Shown here piece after piece: positions 1 to 9,077 of a DNA stretch of 57,734 nucleotides. The notes beneath the pieces were generated by a model. That model did no database searches. It was not told where the DNA came from and worked only from the letters and a program-made list of their open reading frames with translations. The first letter of the stretch is position 1. Each line of letters begins with the position of its first letter. The stretch covers positions 1-57,734 of the forward strand of contig NZ_JBAQEO010000916.1 of NCBI RefSeq assembly GCF_049286785.1, given 5' to 3'. The DNA comes from Rhodococcus sp. (in: high G+C Gram-positive bacteria). GTDB taxonomy: Bacteria > Actinomycetota > Actinomycetes > Mycobacteriales > Mycobacteriaceae. The translations under genes and the position numbers were made by a program.

Positions 1-15
1 GTAGGTAGGTGACCA

Positions 16-96
16 CACCTGTGCGCCTTTCACGACCGACGTCGTGAGGGGCGCACAGGTGCATCGAGTCCGCAGGCGTCCCGCGTCCTGCGGACT
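16..96 (+). promoter_or_regulatory. Tandem RNA hairpins in the leader of the metE-like gene
   Basis: 16-36 pairs with 41-61 (21 bp, two G-U pairs, 4-nt loop); 67-76 AGTCCGCAGG pairs perfectly with 87-96 CCTGCGGACT. Confidence 0.6.
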
Positions 97-117
97 GAGA
101 CCAGAAAGGTCGACCGC

Positions 118-2412
118 ATGTCCAGCACCGCAACTTTCGGCTCCAGCGTCCTGGGGTATCCCCGCATCGGACCGCGTCGCGAACTCAAGCGCGCCCTCGA
201 GGCCTACTGGCACGGTACGGGCACACAAAAGGAACTCGTCACCGTCGCCCGGGAACTCCAGGAGGAGACCTGGAGCGAACTTGCCGCGACGGGTCTGACG
301 CAGGTCCCGGGCAACACGTTCTCGTACTACGACCACGTGCTCGACAACGCGCTGCTCTTCGGGGCGGTGCCCGAACGCTTCCGGCCGCTGGAGAACGAGC
401 TCGACCCACTGGATTTCTACTTCACGATGTGCCGCGGCCGTCCCGACTTCCCGCCGCTCGAACTGGTGCGGTTCTTCGGCACCAATTACCACTACCGCCA
501 ACCCGAACTGGACGAGAACACCACGTTCTCCCTGCGTTCCGAGACGGTGCTGGACGAATTCGAGCGGGCCAAGGCCAGGGGAATCGAGCTGCGTCCCGTC
601 GTCCTCGGACCCGTCTCGCTCCTGCTGCTGTCGAAGGTGGGGCCGACCTCCCACCAGAGCGGTTTCTCGACGCTCGACCTGCTGGACAGGATTCTCCCCG
701 AGTACGCGCGACTGTTCGAGCAGCTCGCGAAGGCCGGCGCCACCTGTGTGCAGCTCGACGAGCCGTCGTTCACCGAAGACCGCACACCCGACGAACTGGC
801 CGCCCTGAAGCGTGCCTACGAAAAGTTGTCGCACGCGCCGCTGCGCCCGCGTCTTCTCGTCACCGGCCCCTACGGTCACCTCGGTGAGGCCCTCGCCATT
901 CTCGCCGAAACGAAGGTGGAGGCTGTCGGTCTCGATCTGGTGAGCCATCGGATGAGTGCCGACGAGCTCGCGAAGATCCCGGGTCTGCGGCGCAAGCGCA
1001 TCTACGCCGGCGTGGTGGACGGCCGGAACGTGTGGCGGGTGGACCGGTACGTCACGCTCACCTACCTCAACACGATCAAGGACATCGTGCCGGACCTTGT
1101 GGTGTCCACCTCGACGTCGCTGCTGCACGTGCCGTACGACGTGCTGTCGGAATACGACATTCCGGGCGACGTCGCAGATCGCCTCGCGTTCGCCAAGCAG
1201 AAGGTCGGCGAAGTGGTGTCGCTGGCGAGGGCGCTGACCGAGGGGCCGTCGGAGAAGTGGCGCAAACGTCCCACCTCGGTGCACTTCAAGCTCAAGCACG
1301 CGGTGCGCGCCCGGGTGAACGCCGTCAAGCAGTCCGACCGTGTCCGGGTTCCGTACGAGGAGCGGCGGGTCGCCCAGCAGGAGCGGCTGAACCTGCCCCT
1401 GGTGCCCACGACCACGCTCGGATCGTTTCCGCAGACCAGCGAGATCCGCCAGGCGCGGTACGAGCTGGGCGAGGGCCGCGTGGAGTGGGAGGACTACTAC
1501 AAGCGCATCCAGGCGGAGATCGAGAGCACCATCCGGCTGCAGGAGGACATCGGACTCGACGTTCTCGTGCACGGTGAGCACGAGCGCAACGACATGGTCC
1601 AGTACTTCGCGGAACTTCTCGAGGGGTACGCGTTCACCCACAACGGCTGGGTGCAGGCGTACGGCTCGCGCTGCACCCGTCCGCCGATTCTGTACGGTGA
1701 CGTCGCGCGGCCCAAACCGATGAGCGTCGAGTGGATCGCCTACGCGCAGTCGCTGACGGACAAGCCGGTGAAGGCGATATTGACGGGCCCGGTCACGATG
1801 ATCGCGCGTTCGTTCGTCCGCCAGGACCAGCCGCTGCACGAGACGGCGGACCAGTTGGCGCTCGTGGTTCGCGACGAGATCGCCGACCTCGAGGCCGCGG
1901 GAATCGCGATCATCCAGGTGGACGAGCCGGCGATTCGTGAGTTGCTGCCGGCGCGCGAGGACGGTCGCGAGGCGTACCTGGAGTGGGCGGTCGACGCGTT
2001 CCGTCTCGCCACGGGTGCTGCCAAGCCGGAGACGCAGATCCACACGCATCTGACGTACACGAGCCGGGCGGCGGTGGTCGACGCCATCGAACGGCTGGAC
2101 GCGGATGTCACTGCCATCGTGGCCACCCGATCCATCACCTGGGTGTTGGACGCCCTCAAGGAGCGGGCACTCACGCACGGCGTCGGACCCGGTGTGTACG
2201 AGAGCCGTTCGGCGCGCATCCCCGACATCGACGAATTGGACGAACTCCTCACCGAGGCGAGCAAGTCCATCTCGTTGGAACGGCTGTGGGCCAATCCGGA
2301 CGGTGGGCTCAAGACGCGTCACTACTGGCAGCTCGAACCCTCTCTGCGCAACATGGTGGCCGCAGCCCATCGCCTCCGGCGCCGGGCGGAGAAGGAAGAA
2401 TCGGACGCCTGA
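118..2412 (+). CDS. metE: Cobalamin-independent methionine synthase (MetE) homologue with degenerate zinc site
   Basis: [35 protein letters not shown], [16 protein letters not shown] and NPDxGLKTR motifs; 764 aa; Zn ligands substituted (see findings). Confidence 0.9.
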   Translation: MSSTATFGSSVLGYPRIGPRRELKRALEAYWHGTGTQKELVTVARELQEETWSELAATGLTQVPGNTFSYYDHVLDNALLFGAVPERFRPLENELDPLDFYFTMCRGRPDFPPLELVRFFGTNYHYRQPELDENTTFSLRSETVLDEFERAKARGIELRPVVLGPVSLLLLSKVGPTSHQSGFSTLDLLDRILPEYARLFEQLAKAGATCVQLDEPSFTEDRTPDELAALKRAYEKLSHAPLRPRLLVTGPYGHLGEALAILAETKVEAVGLDLVSHRMSADELAKIPGLRRKRIYAGVVDGRNVWRVDRYVTLTYLNTIKDIVPDLVVSTSTSLLHVPYDVLSEYDIPGDVADRLAFAKQKVGEVVSLARALTEGPSEKWRKRPTSVHFKLKHAVRARVNAVKQSDRVRVPYEERRVAQQERLNLPLVPTTTLGSFPQTSEIRQARYELGEGRVEWEDYYKRIQAEIESTIRLQEDIGLDVLVHGEHERNDMVQYFAELLEGYAFTHNGWVQAYGSRCTRPPILYGDVARPKPMSVEWIAYAQSLTDKPVKAILTGPVTMIARSFVRQDQPLHETADQLALVVRDEIADLEAAGIAIIQVDEPAIRELLPAREDGREAYLEWAVDAFRLATGAAKPETQIHTHLTYTSRAAVVDAIERLDADVTAIVATRSITWVLDALKERALTHGVGPGVYESRSARIPDIDELDELLTEASKSISLERLWANPDGGLKTRHYWQLEPSLRNMVAAAHRLRRRAEKEESDA

Positions 2413-2418
2413 TACCGA

Positions 2419-2462
2419 ACACACGCCGCGGGTCGCGCACGAGCGCGGCCCCCGGCGTGTGT
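2419..2462 (+). terminator. GC-rich hairpin after the metE-like gene
   Basis: ACACACGCCG.GGGTCGCGC / GCGCGGCCC.CGGCGTGTGT inverted repeat 6 nt after the stop. Confidence 0.65.
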
Positions 2463-2492
2463 GTAGCGGTGCGAACAGGTAGTCATATACGC

Positions 2493-3533
2493 ATGGTTAC
2501 CGCCGCTGCATACGCAGTTACATCCAGCACGAGTCCATTCGAGAAGATCACGATCGAGCGCCGGGAACTCGGCCCTCTCGACGTGCTCATCGAGATCAGG
2601 TACGCGGGTATCTGCCACTCCGACATCCACACCGCGCGCGGCGAATGGGGCACCCCCCACTACCCGGTGGTGCCCGGGCACGAGATCGCGGGTGTGGTGA
2701 CCGCGGTCGGCTCCGGCGTGACCCGTCACCGGGTGGGTGCCCGGGTAGGCGTCGGGTGTTTCGTCGATTCCTGCGGAGAATGCGACGCGTGCCGCGCCGA
2801 CGACGAGCAGTACTGCTTCAACCGGGTGACCGGCACCTACAATTCCCGAGGTCGCGACGGCGAATGGACGCAGGGCGGGTACTCGACGCATATCGTCGTC
2901 ACCGAGCGTTTCGTGGTGTCGATACCCGACGGGCTCGCCCTGGACATCGCAGCGCCGCTGTTGTGCGCCGGCATCACGCTGTACTCACCGCTTGTGCACT
3001 GGGACGCAGGCCCCGGCAAAAAGGTTGCCATCATCGGCATGGGCGGCCTCGGTCATGTGGGCGTGAAGATCGCACACGCCATGGGGGCGGAGGTAACCGT
3101 GCTGAGTCAGTCGCTGAGCAAGAAGGCCGACGGTGAGAAGTTCGGAGCCGACCGATATTACGCCACCTCGGACCCCGCGACGTTCAAGGAGTTGCGGTCG
3201 AAATTCGACCTGATCCTCAACACGGTGTCGGTGAACGTCGACATCGACGCATACATGTCGCTGCTCGCCGTCAACGGCACCCTGGTGGAACTCGGATTGC
3301 CCCAGAAGCCGATCGAGGTCCGTGCATTCAGCCTCGCGGCGAATCGTCGCAGCCTCGCGGGCTCCAACGTGGGCGGACTGGCGCAGACGCAGGAAATGCT
3401 GAACTTCTGCGCCGCGCACGGCATCGGCGCCGAAATCGAGGTTATCCCCGCGAGCGAGATCGACGACGCCTACGACAGGGTGGTGGCCGGTGACGTGCGG
3501 TACCGATTCGTAATCGACACGGCAACGATCTGA
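2493..3533 (+). CDS. adhC: NADP-dependent zinc alcohol dehydrogenase (cinnamyl alcohol dehydrogenase/AdhC type)
   Basis: GICHSD, PGHEIAG, CGECxx[28 protein letters not shown] at 2493. Confidence 0.9.
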   Translation: MVTAAAYAVTSSTSPFEKITIERRELGPLDVLIEIRYAGICHSDIHTARGEWGTPHYPVVPGHEIAGVVTAVGSGVTRHRVGARVGVGCFVDSCGECDACRADDEQYCFNRVTGTYNSRGRDGEWTQGGYSTHIVVTERFVVSIPDGLALDIAAPLLCAGITLYSPLVHWDAGPGKKVAIIGMGGLGHVGVKIAHAMGAEVTVLSQSLSKKADGEKFGADRYYATSDPATFKELRSKFDLILNTVSVNVDIDAYMSLLAVNGTLVELGLPQKPIEVRAFSLAANRRSLAGSNVGGLAQTQEMLNFCAAHGIGAEIEVIPASEIDDAYDRVVAGDVRYRFVIDTATI

Positions 3534-3535
3534 GT

Positions 3536-4333
3536 TCACACCTCGCCGAGTTGATCTCGGAGGGATGACAGCGTCTTCGCCAGCAGCCTCGACACGTGCA
3601 TCTGCGAGATACCTACCCGATCCGCGATCTGGGTCTGGGTCATGTTTCCGAAGAATCGGAGCATCAGCACCGTGCGCTCGCGGTCCGGTAGTGATTCGAG
3701 CAGTGGGCGCAGGGTCTCGTGGTTCTCCACATCGGCCATCGCGGCGTCGTAGTCCCCGATGGTTTCGACCATGGACAGCTCGCCGCTGCGGTCGGACGAT
3801 GTGTTGTCGACCGAGACGGTCTGGTAGGCATTGCCGGCGAGGAGCCCCTGGCCGACTTCCTCGGGATCGAGGTCCAGGTAGTGTGCCAGTTCGCTCACGG
3901 TGGGGGCGTGGCCGAGGCTCTGGGACAGCTCGGCCACGGCCGAGCTCAGGGCCAGATGGAGTTCCTTCATGCGGCGAGGGACGCGCACCGCCCAGCCCGT
4001 GTCCCGAAAGTGCCTGCGTACCTCGCCCATGATGGTGGGAACCGCGAACGACACGAAGTCGGAACCTCGGGTCACGTCGAAGCGGTCGACCGAGTTCACC
4101 AGGCCCAGTCGCGCGACCTGAACCAGATCGTCATGCGCCTCGCCCCGTCCGTCGAAACGCCGGGCAATGTGTTCTGCGAGGGGGAGGCACCGGGTCACCA
4201 GGGCGTCCCGCAGGACACTTCGCCGGGGATCGTCCTCGCCGAGCGCCGCCATCTGCTCGAAGAGCTTTGCGACATCCTGATACTCGTCCGGCCAACGCGC
4301 CGTGCTTCCACCGCGGTGAGCGTGGGAGGTCAC
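3536..4333 (-). CDS. sigF: RNA polymerase sigma factor, SigF/SigB-like stress sigma
   Basis: DDLVQVARLGL, FAVPTIMGEVRRHFRD, MTQTQIADRVGISQMHVSRLL; GTG start overlaps the upstream TAG. Confidence 0.92.
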   Translation of the reverse strand: MTSHAHRGGSTARWPDEYQDVAKLFEQMAALGEDDPRRSVLRDALVTRCLPLAEHIARRFDGRGEAHDDLVQVARLGLVNSVDRFDVTRGSDFVSFAVPTIMGEVRRHFRDTGWAVRVPRRMKELHLALSSAVAELSQSLGHAPTVSELAHYLDLDPEEVGQGLLAGNAYQTVSVDNTSSDRSGELSMVETIGDYDAAMADVENHETLRPLLESLPDRERTVLMLRFFGNMTQTQIADRVGISQMHVSRLLAKTLSSLRDQLGEV

Positions 4334-4770
4334 TAGAGCGAGCCGTTCTTCACCTTGGTGAATTCCATGGTGGTGACGTGGGCCGAGCCGGGGTCGGCGA
4401 GGTCGGGTTCGTGTCTCATGTCGATCGAATCGGTGAGCGCAGCGAGGACGTGCCAGCCGAACGACCGTTCCCCGAGTGAGTCGACACCGGTGGTCGTGGT
4501 GGAGACGGAGACGCGCAGAGTGCTGTCGAAGTACTGGAGTCGGCACACCAGGACTGCGTCGGCCGCCGCACGGACGATCAATTGGGTGCAGATCTCGTCC
4601 ATCGCCAGCTTGATATCGGCAATGGCATCGAGATCGAAGTCCTCGTGGATGGCAATCGTAGCGGCCAGGGCCCGTAGTACGGAGAGCTGATCGGGTGTAG
4701 CTCGAACGCGCAACTCGACGACGGGATGTGTGTGGTCCTGATCGGGTTCGATTGTCTTGGCGATGGCCAT
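4333..4770 (-). CDS. rsbW: Anti-sigma factor RsbW/UsfX (HATPase-like)
   Basis: DFDLDAIADIKLAMDEICTQLI, SFGWHVLAALTD; GGAGG RBS; translationally coupled to sigF. Confidence 0.85.
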   Translation of the reverse strand: MAIAKTIEPDQDHTHPVVELRVRATPDQLSVLRALAATIAIHEDFDLDAIADIKLAMDEICTQLIVRAAADAVLVCRLQYFDSTLRVSVSTTTTGVDSLGERSFGWHVLAALTDSIDMRHEPDLADPGSAHVTTMEFTKVKNGSL

Positions 4771-4864
4771 GAGACCTCCGGATCGGGCGGTGCCTGGTGG
4801 GGCGGGGCGGGGTCGGCTCGCTGCGTTCGAGAAGTCAGGCCAGCGGTCCGGCACCTCACGGGGA

Positions 4865-4890
4865 ATACCGCAGAACGGTACAGGTCAAAC
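4865..4890 (-). promoter_or_regulatory. SigF-type promoter of rsbW-sigF
   Basis: GTTT-N16-CGGTAT on the minus strand, versus the mycobacterial SigF consensus GTTT-N15-17-GGGTAT. Confidence 0.6.
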
Positions 4891-4905
4891 CAGTCCGAGC
4901 AGTAC

Positions 4906-4930
4906 GTTTGGGCGGTAGGGTGATCGGAAA
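4906..4930 (+). promoter_or_regulatory. Possible SigF-type promoter of the GAF-ANTAR gene
   Basis: GTTT-N15-CGGAAA; weaker -10. Confidence 0.4.
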
Positions 4931-4983
4931 GGCCGGCTTCTCGAGGCCTCGACGGGCCGTGTGAGTCGATGGAGACATGCGGG

Positions 4984-5790
4984 ATGCCTGACGAATTTCA
5001 CCGGAACACGCTGGCATATGGCGTCGACGCCCAGACGGGCGGCGACAGTCCCGAACGGGTCGACCCCGAACAGGTCGACCTGGTGACCGGTTCGCTCGAA
5101 GCTGTGCTCGATCTCTTCGAGACCGAAGACGAGATCAACGTGGTCCTGGGCGGACTGTGCCGCCAGGTGGTCCAGGCGTTCCCGGCGGCGCTGGACGCCG
5201 CGATCACAGTTATCCGGCCCACGGGTCCCGTCACGGTCGCCTCGACCTCGCGGGAGGTGCTGCCGGTCGAAGCTGCACAACTGCGCTTCGACGACGCGCC
5301 GTGCCTGTCCGCGGCCCGGTCGCGAGCCATCGTTCGGGCCGACATCGCGACTGCGCGTGAGCGGTGGCCGGAGTTCGCGGCTATTGCGCAGCAGGCGAAC
5401 ATGCACAGTTACCTTTCGGTGCCGTTGCTGATCGATGCGGAGTACTCGGGGGCACTGAACCTGTACGGGGAGTTCCCGCACGCATTCCACAGGATGGACG
5501 AATCGCTACTCGAGTTGTACGTGGTCTCGGCGGGCAGCGCTCTGCGCAGCGCACGGCGGTACAGCGAGGCGCGGGTCCTGGTGGAAGGGCTTCGCGTAGC
5601 GCTGCGTTCGCGTGCGGTGATCGATCAGGCAAAGGGAATCGTCATGGCGTTGCGCGGCATCGACGCGGAAGAAGCGTTCCGCGTCCTGGTCGAACGATCC
5701 CAGCACGAAAACGTCAAACTCCGTGTCGTGGCCGAAAGAGCGGTCCGCGCGGTAGCGAGACGAAACGCTCAGCGGAGTCGTCATATATAG
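4984..5790 (+). CDS. GAF and ANTAR domain-containing protein
   Basis: GAF-like LSVPL..GALNLY; C-terminal ANTAR SRAVIDQAKGIVMA..EEAFRVLVERSQHENVKLRVVAE; start may be 4969 or 4984. Confidence 0.9.
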   Translation: MPDEFHRNTLAYGVDAQTGGDSPERVDPEQVDLVTGSLEAVLDLFETEDEINVVLGGLCRQVVQAFPAALDAAITVIRPTGPVTVASTSREVLPVEAAQLRFDDAPCLSAARSRAIVRADIATARERWPEFAAIAQQANMHSYLSVPLLIDAEYSGALNLYGEFPHAFHRMDESLLELYVVSAGSALRSARRYSEARVLVEGLRVALRSRAVIDQAKGIVMALRGIDAEEAFRVLVERSQHENVKLRVVAERAVRAVARRNAQRSRHI

Positions 5791-5980
5791 CTCACCTGCC
5801 TATTACGGGGCAAGGGTTCTGTTATTTCCTTGTGACACATCACGGTCGGGGGTACCCTCGTATCGAGGTTGAGCACACAGCCGATTCGGAAAGCGCTGCG
5901 ACGGCAGACGTTGCCGGAGGCCGGGATCGGATGGTCTGCGAGTGCTCCGCTTTCCCGTCGAGTTCCAGATGGGGTGAGAC

Positions 5981-6439
5981 ATGTCTGTAGTTCCAGAACC
6001 TGCACTGGCCTTTTCGGGCGGGGTGACGGGTATTCAATGCAAGTCGAGAGTACCGCTCGCGGCGAGTGATTCCGCCACGACACACTGTACGAGTGCCGGA
6101 TTCAGTTCCGAGAGGATCGGCTCCGGTGTGGTGCTGGTCGGGGTTCGGGGTGAAATCGATCTGTGCAGTGCGCCCGAGCTGCGTGAATACGTGGGCGCCC
6201 GGATATCGTCGGAATCTCATTTGATCCTCGACATGTCGAAGGTCGACTTCATCGGAACCGCAGGGTTGGCGGTGCTCGATACGGTCAATTCCACGAGCCT
6301 CCGAGACGGACGGGTATGGGCTTTGATCTGCGGCAGGCCGGTGTCCCGGTTGCTTCGCGCGGCCGGTCGGGAGAGAAATTATCCGTGTTTCGAGTCTCTG
6401 GACAGCGCGCTGGGGTCTTGGCACGGAAGAACTGCATGA
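5981..6439 (+). CDS. STAS-domain anti-sigma factor antagonist
   Basis: VRGEIDLCSAPELRE, LILDMSKVDFIGTAGLAVL; start uncertain. Confidence 0.85.
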   Translation: MSVVPEPALAFSGGVTGIQCKSRVPLAASDSATTHCTSAGFSSERIGSGVVLVGVRGEIDLCSAPELREYVGARISSESHLILDMSKVDFIGTAGLAVLDTVNSTSLRDGRVWALICGRPVSRLLRAAGRERNYPCFESLDSALGSWHGRTA

Positions 6440-6467
6440 TCGGCTTCGTCCGGTAAGGATCGCCGAA

Positions 6468-6555
6468 AGAACCGGTGCGCACGTTCACTGCGCACCGGTT
6501 CTCACTGCGCACCGGTTCTCACTGCGCACCGGGTTCTCTCAATGGGCACCGGTTC
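6468..6555. repeat. 17-bp tandem repeat (3 copies plus the gene-end copy) with one inverted partial copy
   Basis: TCACTGCGCACCGGTTC at 6485, 6502, 6519 (third has an extra G); TCAATGGGCACCGGTTC at 6539 is the glycosyltransferase 3' end; inverted AGAACCGGTGCGCA at 6468. Confidence 0.9.
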
Positions 6556-7852
6556 GGCCGGCCCTCGGAGGTCCGGAGACGCAACGCCCGTAGGCGCGCA
6601 GGGTATCCATCGCGACCCGGTCCCACGAGTACCGGGCCCGCGCGCGGTCGCAGCCGGCCATGCCGAATCCTGCGCGCAATGCGTCGTCGTCGAAGATCTG
6701 TTTCAGTGCTTCGGTGAGCCGCTCCGGATTGCGCGGCGAGATCAGGCGTCCGGTGATTCCGTCGACCACCGTGTCCCGCATCCCGCCGACCGCGGACGCC
6801 ACCACCGGTGTGCCGCAGGCCATCGCCTCGAGCGGGACCATCCCGAACGGCTCGAACCACGGTGTGCATACCACCGCGTCCGCGGATCTCAATAGTGACG
6901 GCATGTTCTTCCGCGATACCCGGCCCACCAGACGAACGCGGCTACGTACTCTGGCATCCTTGGCCAGCGCGTGCAGGCGGACGGCTTCGGGGTGCGCGTC
7001 CAGGTCGTCCGCCGCGGGGCCGCCGGCGATCACGAGTTCGGTGTCGGGGAAATGGCGCAGGGCCTCGATGGCGGTGTCGAAACCCTCGGTGGGAGACAGT
7101 TTGCCCACCATCACGAGACGGTGCCGTTTCCCTTTCTCGTCAACCGCGCCGTCCGGCGTGAACTCGGTGACGTCCACGCCCGACGGGACCACCGATGTTC
7201 GCGAGCGCGGCAGACCGAGGTGGGAGAGCTCGAAGACCTCGTCGTTGCATGTGGCAACGACGCGGGTTGCTCCGCGGGCGATCAACTGTTCCAAATGGAC
7301 TCGATCGGGAGCCCGGACGGGCTTCGGTTTCTGGAAGCGCTGTTCGACAACGCCGAGAGCGTGGAACGTCTGGATCACGGGGATCCCGAGCGTGCGGGCC
7401 GCGAGTTGGGCCGCGATCCCGGACATCCAGTAGTGCGCGTGCACGATGTCGGGGCGTTCGTTCTCCCATTCGGTCTCGAGAAATCCGCCGAACGCCCCCA
7501 TCAGCGGCAGAACTTCCTCCACCGGCATCCTCCTCGGTGGCCCCACAGGAACGTGGACCACCGTGTACCCGGCGTGTGTGATGACCCGGTCGGGCACGTC
7601 GGGGTTCTCACGGCGGGTATAGACGGTGACGTCGTGACCCGCTCGTGTGAGGGCGGCCGAGAGCTCGGCGAGATGGATGTTCTGTCCCCGGATGACGGCT
7701 CCGTCCGAGTCTTCCGAAGGCATGGTGTCGAGAGGTCCGGCATTTCCCGAGACCATCGATATCTTCAATCGACGAGAAGTGCCGACTGTGGCCGTTCTCA
7801 TCGGCTGGGCTCCGCAGACGGGTGGCCTGGTAGGGCGATGGGTGGCGGTCAT
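6539..7852 (-). CDS. GT4 (GT-B) glycosyltransferase, MshA-like paralogue
   Basis: PDIVHAHYWMSG, TFHALG, EPFGMVPLEAMACGTPVVASAVGG; start ATG 7852 or TTG 7768. Confidence 0.88.
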   Translation of the reverse strand: MTATHRPTRPPVCGAQPMRTATVGTSRRLKISMVSGNAGPLDTMPSEDSDGAVIRGQNIHLAELSAALTRAGHDVTVYTRRENPDVPDRVITHAGYTVVHVPVGPPRRMPVEEVLPLMGAFGGFLETEWENERPDIVHAHYWMSGIAAQLAARTLGIPVIQTFHALGVVEQRFQKPKPVRAPDRVHLEQLIARGATRVVATCNDEVFELSHLGLPRSRTSVVPSGVDVTEFTPDGAVDEKGKRHRLVMVGKLSPTEGFDTAIEALRHFPDTELVIAGGPAADDLDAHPEAVRLHALAKDARVRSRVRLVGRVSRKNMPSLLRSADAVVCTPWFEPFGMVPLEAMACGTPVVASAVGGMRDTVVDGITGRLISPRNPERLTEALKQIFDDDALRAGFGMAGCDRARARYSWDRVAMDTLRAYGRCVSGPPRAGRTGAH

Positions 7853-7861
7853 GGATCGGGG

Positions 7862-7886
7862 ATTCCCGAACCCCGCGGAAGTAAAC
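7862..7886 (-). promoter_or_regulatory. SigF-type promoter
   Basis: GTTT-N15-GGGAAT ending 9 nt before ATG 7852. Confidence 0.7.
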
Positions 7887-7956
7887 CGACCGGCCCAGAC
7901 TCTGTTACGGAAGAGTCGCCACCGCGCCTTCGATATTGCGAACGGATAGCCGCGCG

Positions 7957-8112
7957 TCAATACCAGTGACGGCGGCCGCCCACGGCGCGGCCGGTGGCAC
8001 CGAGAAGCCACAGGATCGCTCCGATCACGACGAGGATGATGCCGATCGTCCACAACACCGAGATGTCGGCGAGCCACCCGATCAAGAGCAGGATCAAACC
8101 GAGAATAATCAT
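7957..8112 (-). CDS. Small membrane protein (DUF6131-like)
   Basis: MIILGLILLLIGW...WTIGIILVVIGAILWLLGATGRAVGGRRHWY; GAGGA RBS. Confidence 0.8.
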   Translation of the reverse strand: MIILGLILLLIGWLADISVLWTIGIILVVIGAILWLLGATGRAVGGRRHWY

Positions 8113-8128
8113 GATTTTCCTCGTTTCC

Positions 8129-8686
8129 TCATCCCACCGAGGTGAGAACCGAGCCCCCACGGGGACCCTTCTCGGCCTCGTCTACCCCTGCGCCCATGGC
8201 GTAGGTCAAATGTCCGCCGAGTGCGCCGCCCAGTCCGACGGCGACGACTCCGGCCACGCTCGCCGCGATGGCACGCGCATCGGTGCCTCGCCTGCGGCGC
8301 ACGAACGACGCCGCCAGAGCGCTGATACCGGCGGCGTTCACACCGGCATGGATCTGGCCCACGCGTCGCTGACGGGTGTTCCGCTCGGCCCAGTCGGCCC
8401 AGCCGGTCATCAAGGTGGGAGGCGTCGCCACGAGACCCAGGCCGATCAGCCGGCGGGCGGCGACATGATCACGAAGTACCAGATCGAACACGGTGGCGCC
8501 GACCCACGTCCCGATCGGCACCGTGACCAGGACGGGATGCAGGGGGTGGCCGAGCCAGGATCCGCGCAGGAGTGGTCCGGTGCCGCTCTTCCCGAGGGAC
8601 GCGCGGATCCGCTGCTGCAGAACGCTGCTGCCGCCGTCGAGGAAGCTGGCATCCTCTGTCTTACCGAAGAGTGGCTCGAGGTTCAT
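8129..8686 (-). CDS. DUF2231-like membrane protein
   Basis: LLRGSWLGHPLHPVLVTVPIGTW, TGWADW, RRVGQIHA, GGALGGHLTY. Confidence 0.8.
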   Translation of the reverse strand: MNLEPLFGKTEDASFLDGGSSVLQQRIRASLGKSGTGPLLRGSWLGHPLHPVLVTVPIGTWVGATVFDLVLRDHVAARRLIGLGLVATPPTLMTGWADWAERNTRQRRVGQIHAGVNAAGISALAASFVRRRRGTDARAIAASVAGVVAVGLGGALGGHLTYAMGAGVDEAEKGPRGGSVLTSVG

Positions 8687-8695
8687 GGTCTCCGA

Positions 8696-8720
8696 TTACC
8701 CCAGGCCGCGACTGCGAAAC
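8696..8720 (-). promoter_or_regulatory. SigF-type promoter
   Basis: GTTT-N15-GGGTAA ending 9 nt before ATG 8686. Confidence 0.75.
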
Positions 8721-8821
8721 GGACGCGGGACCGAGCCCGTCCACCTTGTCGGCGATGCAGGTCAAGGGTAGCGTCGTGGCTAGGTTCTTCCCGGATGAGC
8801 GACAAGGTCAGGTGAGCGACG

Positions 8822-9043
8822 ATGAAGCTCAATCTCTTCGCTGCGTGGGTCAGCTTCACACTGGTGCTGGGCGCCGTGATTGCTCTCGGCGGGTTTCTGT
8901 TCGCCGCGGCGTCGGGAAACGCCGGATGGGCGATCGTCTCCGGTGTCCTGTGCCTTGTGGCGCTCGGTGGAGCAATGGCACTGTTCGGTGGCACCGTCCG
9001 CCACGACCACCGGGTGCATCACCCGACACCACATATGTTCTGA
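8822..9043 (+). CDS. Small two-TM membrane protein, possibly UsfY-like
   Basis: 73 aa, two hydrophobic segments, His-rich tail, AGGTGAG upstream; located in the sigF island. Confidence 0.65.
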   Translation: MKLNLFAAWVSFTLVLGAVIALGGFLFAAASGNAGWAIVSGVLCLVALGGAMALFGGTVRHDHRVHHPTPHMF

Positions 9044-9077
9044 CGCCGTTCTCGCGAGACGCGAGTGCCGGTGACCG

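Noticed and set aside
5791..5980. ANTAR target dual-hairpin RNA downstream of the GAF-ANTAR gene
   Set aside because: Only isolated weak stems found; no pair of hexaloops with the A1/G4 pattern could be identified by eye
6028..6069. GGGTAT box and 10-aa ORF MQVESTARGE inside the STAS 5' region
   Set aside because: No GTTT -35 at the right spacing, and the ATG is too close to the box for a leaderless start
6468..6555. 17-bp repeats as a CRISPR array
   Set aside because: Units are contiguous with no unique spacers, too short, and no cas genes are present
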